Below, one piece after another: positions 57,589 through 64,000 of a DNA stretch of 64,000 nucleotides. The position numbers and the translations under genes were made by a program. The notes below the pieces were generated by a model. It ran no database searches and had not been told where the DNA came from. It was given only the letters and a program-made list of their open reading frames with translations. Source of the DNA: a bacterium (GTDB lineage: Bacteria; UBA10199; JAIBAG01); contig JAIBAG010000013.1 in the NCBI GenBank assembly GCA_019695305.1, forward strand, positions 6,339-70,338, read 5' to 3'. Every line of letters begins with the position of its first letter. The first letter of the stretch is position 1.

Positions 57589-58770
57589 TTATTTTGCGCG
57601 TTTGATTTCTTCAGCTATAGCGGTTCTTAAGGCTTTAATATTTCTCCAGGGGCCAAACTTACGACCGTTAATAAAAACAGTGGGGGTTCCGCTAATGTCC
57701 AGTTTGCTGGCAGCTTCCAAATCGAGAGTAATTGCATTTTTGGTGCTATCACTAGCTACACATTCGTTAAAAGCCTTTTCATCGATGCCTATCGATTTAG
57801 CAAACTCGGTAGGCTTTTGAGGATTTAAACTTTTTTGATTGGCAAAAACTAAATCGTGATACTCCCAAAACTTGTTAGATTGGTTAGCGCAAACGCCTCC
57901 AAAAGCAGCCGCACAGGCAAACTGATGCATAGGGCGCTGCATGTTGGGGTTGCACGAGTTGTCGAGCGGGTAATTAAAAAAGTAGATGGCGATATCTTTT
58001 TTATATTCGGTTAAAAAAGGTTTTAAATTGATAGCCGCCAAACGGCAAAAGGGGCATTGAAAATCGGAAAATTCCACAATTTTAACCTTGGCATTGGGAT
58101 TACCCCAAAAAGGACGACCTGTAGTATCAATTTGCGATTGAGGTTGTTTAAAATAAAAATCCAAAAACTGGGTAGCATTAAAATTTTTATCTTTTTCGGC
58201 CGTAGGAGATATGTTGGAAAATACAAGCCCGCCTAATACCATAACGGCTAAGGCGATAGGAATTTGTGTGAGTACCTTGGATTTTTTTAAAATGCCATTC
58301 CAGATAAACGAAGGGATGGCTGCATAGGAAATACCTAAAGCCCTTGGAGTTAATATAAGGATAAGCAGGTTAATGACATAGAGGCCCGTGCAAAACAGGC
58401 ATAACATTTGCAGCACACTAAAAGAAATGTAGGCCATGTAGGCACTAAAAGCTACCGAAGCTAACGAAGGTAAAAGTGAAAAGCTAAGCCCAGCACTTTT
58501 TTCTTGGGAATTGTTCCAGTAAGCGCCAAGGGCATAAAACACCATTAATAAGTAATACAGAAAAGCAAAAATAGAAACAGGAGTATTAAAAATTTCGGCG
58601 TAAGAACTGGCATTTACAGCATCACAGTTAATGTATTCGTTGATGGAACAGAAGCTTTTTTCTTCAAAACCTTTTTTAGTGATTTGAAAGTGCTGGTAGG
58701 TAAGCCAAGACGATAAAGCCATCCCTAAAAGGGATAAACACAAGATAATCGTAACAAATGTTTTTTTCAT
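57589..58770 (-). CDS. Vitamin K epoxide reductase (VKOR) domain fused to a periplasmic thioredoxin/DsbA-like domain
   Basis: The N-terminal VKOR TM core has CSINEYINC. The C-terminal Trx-like domain has a CPFC active site (FQCPFCR). The start was chosen at ATG (MKKTFVTII). Confidence 0.7.
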   Translation of the reverse strand: MKKTFVTIILCLSLLGMALSSWLTYQHFQITKKGFEEKSFCSINEYINCDAVNASSYAEIFNTPVSIFAFLYYLLMVFYALGAYWNNSQEKSAGLSFSLLPSLASVAFSAYMAYISFSVLQMLCLFCTGLYVINLLILILTPRALGISYAAIPSFIWNGILKKSKVLTQIPIALAVMVLGGLVFSNISPTAEKDKNFNATQFLDFYFKQPQSQIDTTGRPFWGNPNAKVKIVEFSDFQCPFCRLAAINLKPFLTEYKKDIAIYFFNYPLDNSCNPNMQRPMHQFACAAAFGGVCANQSNKFWEYHDLVFANQKSLNPQKPTEFAKSIGIDEKAFNECVASDSTKNAITLDLEAASKLDISGTPTVFINGRKFGPWRNIKALRTAIAEEIKRAK

Positions 58771-58847
58771 CTTAAAGGGATACGTCAAAATGTGAAGGTT
58801 TATTCACCGGCGGAGTAATCCGCCGGTGAATAAATAAAACTATACTC

Positions 58848-59036
58848 TTAGTGAGCTTCTGCAGGAGCTTCGGCAGGTGCTTCAGCGGGAGCAGCAGGAG
58901 CTTCAGCTGGAGCAGCGGGGGCTTCAGCAGCGGCAGGTGCTTCGGGAGCAGAGCCTTCTTCAGCTTTTTGAGGCATTTTGCAGGCAAATGTAGATGCCAT
59001 AACCAATAATGCAGCGATCAGTGATAATTTTTTCAT
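58848..59036 (-). CDS. Small lipoprotein with (E/A)APA(A/E) repeats
   Basis: The sequence begins MKKLSLIAALLVMASTFAC (lipobox). A tandem APAEAPAAP repeat region follows. A good RBS (GGAG) is present and a strong hairpin lies downstream. Confidence 0.5.
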   Translation of the reverse strand: MKKLSLIAALLVMASTFACKMPQKAEEGSAPEAPAAAEAPAAPAEAPAAPAEAPAEAPAEAH

Positions 59037-59281
59037 AGTATCTCCTTGAGGTTTATTGAAATGCCGCCCATATTGACGACGTGGGCCGAAAACTAAAAGG
59101 TTTTTAAATACTTTGCAAGAAGAATTACGGGGATTTTATGGGGATAGGGGGCAAGGGTTGTCTGAAATATGCGCCCTTAATGCTTTATTGGGAAAATGCC
59201 CTTGTCCCTTTGGGCCAAGGACAATTTTTTTCTAAAGTTCTAGCCGCGCCTTACAGGCACGTCTATAACTTAAGAAAAAAA

Positions 59282-59365
59282 TGCGCGAGGGGGGACTTGA
59301 ACCCCCATGCCCTTTCGAGCACTAGAACCTGAATCTAGCGTGTCTGCCAATTCCACCACCCGCGC
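59282..59365 (-). tRNA. tRNA-Leu (anticodon CAG)
   Basis: I folded it by hand. The acceptor is GCGCGGG/CTCGCGC plus discriminator A. The D-arm is present. The anticodon stem ctaga/tctag has loop ttCAGgt. There is a long variable arm. The T-arm is gggggTTCAAGTccccc. Confidence 0.85.
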
Positions 59366-59466
59366 TTACAGCAGGAAGTTGATATAGATACAGCTCAAGG
59401 CTTTTGCAAGCAATTTCCCAAGGGATTTCCCTTGTACTCACAGCTAAACTCGCTTACTTCTTTTAT

Positions 59467-61635
59467 ATGAAAGACAACATCCTCAAACTTCTCAATGTCA
59501 AACCCAATCACGCGTTCCACATCCAAGAAATTCTCAAAGTTCTTAAAATTAAACCCGTTTATAAAAAGGATGTTAAAAATCTGCTTAAGCGTTTGGCGGG
59601 AGACGGCAAAATTATCAAAGTTGCTCCCAAAATTTATCAAGCGCTTTCAAACGATAACCGTCTCATTGGCACCCTCAAAATGCATTACGATGGATTTGGA
59701 TTTTTAATTCCCGAAAAATCAGGCGAGCAGGATGTCTTTATTCCGGCTAAATATATGGCCGGAGCACTTTCACAAGATAAGGTTGCTGTTGTTTGGGAGG
59801 AAGATCCCAAGGGGCGCAGTGGCCGTGTGGTGGAAATTTTAGAACGTGGCCGAAAAACTTGGGTTGGTATCTTAGGCCGTGAAGGCAAACATTATGTGGT
59901 TACTAATCGCGATTTTAACGACGAACTTAAGATTGTGGTGGATGCCGAAGGAATAAGTCACGACGATTTGGGTAATTTAGTTTTAGTGGAGGTGACGTCT
60001 TATCCCTCAGCACATCATTCTATCATGAAGGGCAAGGTATTGCGCATTATTGGCAATGCCAAATCCGACAAAGCTTTAATTGAAGCGGTGCTGGCAAAAC
60101 ATAATCTCTCGCCCGATTTTCCCGACGCTGTTCGTCACGAAACCGAAAAAACACCCAAAAAAATTACTAAAAAAGATCTGGCTGGTCGCGTTGATCTTAC
60201 CAAACTCCCCATTATTACTATTGATGGACTCCATGCGCGTGATTTTGATGATGCAGTGTGTGTGCTTAAAGAAAAGGGGGGGTATCGTTTATATGTGAGC
60301 ATTGCCGATGTGGCTCATTATGTAAAACCCAAAACGGCGCTGGATGCCGAAGCGCTCTCTCGTGGTAATTCCACGTATTTTGCTAACCGCGTTATTCCCA
60401 TGCTGCCCGAGGAACTTTCCAACGAAATGTGCAGTCTTAAGCCTTACGAAATTCGTCTTACACTCACCAGTGAGCTTTTTTACGATACCGAAGGCACGCT
60501 TAAGTCTGCTCGTTATTACGAAAGTTTTATTAAAAGCGCCAAGCGGGGCATTTACGAAAATATTCAGGCTTTTTTTGATAGAGGAGAAACACCATCCGAT
60601 CATTACGATAAAGAAGTGCGTGAGAGCTTGATTAATATGAAGCATCTGGCACAGGCTCTCATGCAAAAGCGTAAAAAACGAGGTACGCTTGATTTTGAAT
60701 TGCCCGAAGCTCAGGTGGTGTTTTCGCCCGAAGGGGATGTAGAAACCATCGCCGTTGCCGAACGTTTTTTTGCCAATCAGCTCATCGAAGAATTTATGAT
60801 TGCGGCCAACGTGGCTGTAGCCGAACTTTTCTGTGCTTTAAAAGTACCGGCGCTGTATCGTGTGCACGATGAACCAAACCCCGAAAAACTTTATGCCTAT
60901 CTGCAAACTCTGCATTTGTTAGGTTTTAAAACCGACCGACACAAATTAAAAGAGCCTGGCGATTTTAAACCCGTGATGGAAAAACTTAAAGGGCATCCCA
61001 TGGAAGAGTTTTTGCACTTTATGTTTTTGCGCTCGCTGAAGCAGGCTCAGTATAGCGAAGAAACGCTGGGTCATTTTGGTTTAAATTTGCGCCATTATTC
61101 TCATTTCACCTCACCCATCAGGCGTTATCCCGATCTTATTGTTCATCGTTTGCTTAAAGATTTGGTTCAGCGTGCCGATAAAGGAATAATTGAAGCCGAG
61201 TTTACGGTAAAAAATAAAAAAGTAGGCGTGAAGGTTAAAACCAAGATTAAAAAGGAAAAGATTTTATATTCGCCCGAATTTTTGGCGCGGGTAGGGCAGG
61301 CTACCTCCAAAACCGAGCGGAATTCGATGGAGGCCGAACGTGAAATTTTAGATTTGAATCGCCTGTTTTTTATCCGCAATCATGTGAACGAAGTGTTTCA
61401 CGGACGTATACGTCGCATCGTCAAATTTGGTTTGTTTATTGAACTCACCCCTCATTTTGTGGAAGGGCTAGTGCATGTAAAAGACTTAAACGACGACTAT
61501 TATATCTTTGATGAAGGCCGGATTGAAATGTTTGGTCGCCGTCGGAAGAAGAAGTATAAGATTGGGGATAAGGTGAAGGTGCGAGTAGTGGGGTATTCGC
61601 TGGAAAAACGCAGTATTGAGCTGGCTTTGGAGTAG
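59467..61635 (+). CDS. rnr: Ribonuclease R (RNB-family 3'-5' exoribonuclease with a C-terminal S1 domain)
   Basis: It has RNB domain motifs (ITIDGLHARDFDDAV) and a C-terminal S1 domain. The start was set at ATG 59467 (MKDNILKLL), which is downstream of the tRNA on the opposite strand. Confidence 0.9.
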   Translation: MKDNILKLLNVKPNHAFHIQEILKVLKIKPVYKKDVKNLLKRLAGDGKIIKVAPKIYQALSNDNRLIGTLKMHYDGFGFLIPEKSGEQDVFIPAKYMAGALSQDKVAVVWEEDPKGRSGRVVEILERGRKTWVGILGREGKHYVVTNRDFNDELKIVVDAEGISHDDLGNLVLVEVTSYPSAHHSIMKGKVLRIIGNAKSDKALIEAVLAKHNLSPDFPDAVRHETEKTPKKITKKDLAGRVDLTKLPIITIDGLHARDFDDAVCVLKEKGGYRLYVSIADVAHYVKPKTALDAEALSRGNSTYFANRVIPMLPEELSNEMCSLKPYEIRLTLTSELFYDTEGTLKSARYYESFIKSAKRGIYENIQAFFDRGETPSDHYDKEVRESLINMKHLAQALMQKRKKRGTLDFELPEAQVVFSPEGDVETIAVAERFFANQLIEEFMIAANVAVAELFCALKVPALYRVHDEPNPEKLYAYLQTLHLLGFKTDRHKLKEPGDFKPVMEKLKGHPMEEFLHFMFLRSLKQAQYSEETLGHFGLNLRHYSHFTSPIRRYPDLIVHRLLKDLVQRADKGIIEAEFTVKNKKVGVKVKTKIKKEKILYSPEFLARVGQATSKTERNSMEAEREILDLNRLFFIRNHVNEVFHGRIRRIVKFGLFIELTPHFVEGLVHVKDLNDDYYIFDEGRIEMFGRRRKKKYKIGDKVKVRVVGYSLEKRSIELALE

Positions 61636-61645
61636 TTTGTAGAAA

Positions 61646-61677
61646 TAAAAAAGGCCCACGATAGTGGGCTTTTTTTG
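61646..61677 (+). terminator. Rho-independent terminator after rnr (AGGCCCAC gata GTGGGCT + T7)
   Basis: Hairpin plus U-tract, visible directly. Confidence 0.7.
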
Positions 61678-61679
61678 TT

Positions 61680-61755
61680 TGGAGCGGGAGACGGGACTTG
61701 AACCCGCGACATCTTCGTTGGCAACGAAGTGCTCTACCAACTGAGCTACTCCCGC
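61680..61755 (-). tRNA. tRNA-Gly (anticodon GCC), CCA encoded
   Basis: Cloverleaf: acceptor GCGGGAG, D-arm gctcagttggtagagc, anticodon loop ttGCCaa, T-arm gcgggTTCAAGTcccgt, 3' tCCA. Confidence 0.9.
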
Positions 61756-61882
61756 ACTTGCTAAAATCTAACGCCGGGTTGTCCCGATTTATCGGGCTCC
61801 CGCAATCTTTATTCTTAAAGAGGGACCCTTTTTACAAAAAAGACCTGTATTGTCAATATGAAAGAGCTGAATGCTTCTTAAT

Positions 61883-61911
61883 AAAAAAGCCCCTATTTTA
61901 GGGGCTTTTTT
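61883..61911. terminator. Bidirectional intrinsic terminator (AAAAAAGCCCCTAttttAGGGGCTTTTTT)
   Basis: A perfect GC hairpin is flanked by an A-tract and a T-tract. It terminates the minus-strand response-regulator operon. Confidence 0.7.
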
Positions 61912-61939
61912 ATTGGAGATGAAGTGGTAACTCCACTTC

Positions 61940-62320
61940 CTATGCATACTCATAAATCATCGGTATCAAATCTTTCACCATATGACTTTTGGCCACATAG
62001 CCGCGTGCCCCTAAATTAATTGATTCTAAAGCCAAAGTATTGTCGGTATTGCCGGTGAGCATAATCACGGGTATATCTTTTAAATCTTTTCTTTTTTTTA
62101 AACGCTTTAATAAACTTAACCCCGAAATTTGGGGCATGTGTAAATCGAGTAAAATGAGATCGGGTCTGAAACGTTTGGCAAAACGAGTTAATTCTTGCGC
62201 TTTGGTGGTAACATGACACTGAATGGCATGTAGTTTAAGCCAGCGTTTAACCGAATGAGCTGTGTTTTCATCATCATCCACAAATAACACTTTTTTATGC
62301 TGGAGCAGCTGTGTTTTCAT
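61940..62320 (-). CDS. Single-domain response regulator (CheY-like receiver)
   Basis: It has a REC domain: VLFVDDDE, a phospho-acceptor D in LILLDLHMP, and the conserved T and K. The start is at ATG with an RBS (GGAG). Confidence 0.75.
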   Translation of the reverse strand: MKTQLLQHKKVLFVDDDENTAHSVKRWLKLHAIQCHVTTKAQELTRFAKRFRPDLILLDLHMPQISGLSLLKRLKKRKDLKDIPVIMLTGNTDNTLALESINLGARGYVAKSHMVKDLIPMIYEYA

Positions 62321-63491
62321 AAGAAACTCCTTTATCTGTTTTGAGGGGATTATTTCTAAAAACAAAAATGCCTTCAATAAAGGGATGGGCTGCCAAATAT
62401 TTTTGTGTTTGCAGAAAATTTTCGGCCGTTATTAAAGTGTCTTTGGCCAAAAGTAAAACACCTGTAAGTGTTTTAATATCGCGCGATAAAGTCATGCCGG
62501 CAGTTAAATCGTAGGGTTTTACTTCTATTTCACTATCGTAATCGCGGTTTATTAAAAAGCCACGGGCACATTCCTTTAAAACCAAAACAATAGATTTATC
62601 CAAAATTTTGGGCGTTAAACTGGTGACATACTCCAGAGCATTTTCCAGTGTGGATGATTTAAAGACTTCTTTGGTGTTTAAGGCTTTATCAAAAGCGTCT
62701 GCCGCTGCAATGATGCGGCTTCCAACTGGTATAAGCGACGATTGCAAGCGGTCGGGATAGCCCGTGCCATCCATGTTTTCGTGATGATGGCGCACAATTT
62801 TACTGGCTTCCAGTAAATTGGGCATGCTTCTCAAAATGCCTTCTCCAAATTCGGGATGGCGTTTTAAGATGGCTCGTTCGGTATCTTTTAATTTGTCTTC
62901 CTTTGTTTCTAAAATAGGGGAGGGTACCAGCATTTTACCCACATCATGCAGGAGGGCCGCCATTTCAATTTGAAAAATATCCTTGGCTTTTAGTCCCATT
63001 TTCTTGGCAATTTCCACAGCAAGCTTAGCTACACGTTTAGAGTGATGTCCCATAAACGAATTGGCTTTTTCAGAAACTAACGACAAAGCTTTTACGCTGC
63101 CCATAAAGCTTTGTTCCAGCTCGGCATATTGGAGTGCTGCGCGCACTTCCGATTTTAAACTGTCATCATTCCAGGGTTTTGTTAAAAAGCGGTAAATGCC
63201 GCCTTTATTTACCGAATCCATGGCGGCTTTGATGTCGGTGTAACCGGTTAATAAAATGCGAACCGATTGAGGTGAGATTTCTTTGATTTTTTCCAACAGT
63301 TCGGCGCCTTCCATTTCGGGCATACGTTGGTCAGATATCACAAGCGTATAATTTTTCTTTTCCACCATTTTAAGGGCTTCGAGTGGTGAATTGATGGTGT
63401 CAATTTCTATATGTTCCTGGCGCAGTAAGCGTTTTAGAGAATTCAGGATTCCCTGTTCATCATCAACTATCAGTACATTTCTTAAATTCAT
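62295..63491 (-). CDS. Response regulator with HD-GYP domain (c-di-GMP phosphodiesterase family)
   Basis: An N-terminal REC domain (VLIVDDEQ...LVISDQRMPEMEG) is followed by an HD-GYP domain (LLHDVGK...HHHENMDGTGYP). Confidence 0.85.
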   Translation of the reverse strand: MNLRNVLIVDDEQGILNSLKRLLRQEHIEIDTINSPLEALKMVEKKNYTLVISDQRMPEMEGAELLEKIKEISPQSVRILLTGYTDIKAAMDSVNKGGIYRFLTKPWNDDSLKSEVRAALQYAELEQSFMGSVKALSLVSEKANSFMGHHSKRVAKLAVEIAKKMGLKAKDIFQIEMAALLHDVGKMLVPSPILETKEDKLKDTERAILKRHPEFGEGILRSMPNLLEASKIVRHHHENMDGTGYPDRLQSSLIPVGSRIIAAADAFDKALNTKEVFKSSTLENALEYVTSLTPKILDKSIVLVLKECARGFLINRDYDSEIEVKPYDLTAGMTLSRDIKTLTGVLLLAKDTLITAENFLQTQKYLAAHPFIEGIFVFRNNPLKTDKGVSYENTAAPA

Positions 63492-63646
63492 ATTCCCTCC
63501 ATTTTTTGTTCCGTTGTGCAGAACAAAGTAGAAGTGTTAATCAGCCTTTTAGACTGGTTCGTGTAAGCCCAAACCCCGATAAACGGGATAAGTCTCTTAT
63601 CTAAAAATATTTTGTGCATTCTGCACAAAATATTTTTTGTAAGAGA

Positions 63647-64000
63647 CTAAAAAAAAGGTGCAAGTCCCCTCCGAATAATGTCTTTTAAATCGTCATCCTT
63701 CCATGGTTTGTTAATAAAAAGATTAATATCTCTATTTTTTAGCCCTTCACTCACAGCTGCCGAATCGGCGTAGCCCGATAGAATGATGCGTATGCATTCT
63801 GGTCGCATACGGCGGATTTCTTTTAAAAAATCAACTCCGTTCATGCCCGGCATTTTAAAATCGGATACAACAAGTTGAATGTCGTATTCTTTAAATTTTT
63901 CCAAACCTTCCTGTGCACTGCTTGCTGTAATAATAAAATAGGGCTCGCTGCGTAAAATGCGTTTGATTGAATTTTGAATATTGGTTTCGTCATCCACCAG
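63647..64000 (-). CDS. Response-regulator receiver-domain protein. The 5' end runs off the window end.
   Basis: The REC domain (…LVDDETNIQNSIKRIL...LVVSDFKMPGMNG...KPW) continues upstream beyond position 64000. Confidence 0.7.
   Translation of the reverse strand: MVDDETNIQNSIKRILRSEPYFIITASSAQEGLEKFKEYDIQLVVSDFKMPGMNGVDFLKEIRRMRPECIRIILSGYADSAAVSEGLKNRDINLFINKPWKDDDLKDIIRRGLAPFF

Noticed and set aside
58848-59036. Possible CRISPR-like repeats (GCAGGAGCTTCAGC-type periodicity)
   Set aside because: The periodicity is that of a coding tandem repeat (APAEAPA) within an ORF. There are no unique spacers and no cas genes.

Overview
This 64-kb window is chromosomal DNA from a Gram-negative bacterium with moderate GC content. 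Gram-negative is inferred from the OmpA-like domains, LolA-like protein, SecDF and VKOR-DsbA. The window is densely coding and mostly housekeeping: gatB, recA, alaS, tgt, yajC, secD, secF, recJ, leuC, leuD, grpE, rnr, thiL, a thiolase, a queC-queE cluster, and tRNA-Leu(CAG) and tRNA-Gly(GCC). Three regions stand out as accessory or unusual. (1) At 2.15-8.5 kb there is a SAM-I (S-box) riboswitch with an intrinsic terminator, followed by an eight-gene sulfur-amino-acid operon. The operon encodes a cysteine-synthase-like enzyme, a ThrC-family enzyme, a small NIL-domain protein, a second CysM-like enzyme, a JAMM metalloprotease, a ThiS/MoaD/CysO-like carrier ending in GG-Ile, and a small unknown protein. 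Divergent cysH (Fe-S APS/PAPS reductase) and cysC (APS kinase) lie next to it. This looks like a hybrid of the methanogen-type ThrC-like/NIL homocysteine route and a protein-thiocarboxylate (CysO/Mec+/CysM-like) route, with no E1 activating enzyme in the window. (2) At 11.5-17.1 kb there are two tandem paralogous 918- and 930-aa genes. Each encodes an N-terminal signal peptide, a YVTN beta-propeller/DUF11-like surface domain, an internal TM-basic-TM helical hairpin that resembles a C-terminal sorting signal fused to a second signal peptide, then a beta-barrel and a C-terminal OmpA peptidoglycan-binding domain. (3) Several families of short palindromic repeat elements occur. A ~90-bp MITE-like element has two copies, and each copy supplies the stop codon of the adjacent gene. 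Related palindromes are inserted in-frame inside rlmD. A GTCNGAC 9-mer array occurs once intergenically and once in-frame inside a four-helix-bundle gene. Other points of note: a conserved 13-mer CTTT(A/G)CCGATAAC upstream of three unrelated genes, which resembles a sigma-28 -10 element; a frameshifted small nucleotidyltransferase gene; a DUF366-like gene translationally coupled between queC and queE; a 1308-aa secreted protein of unknown function; and three consecutive response-regulator genes, one of them HD-GYP. No CRISPR array, transposase, integrase or rRNA was found.
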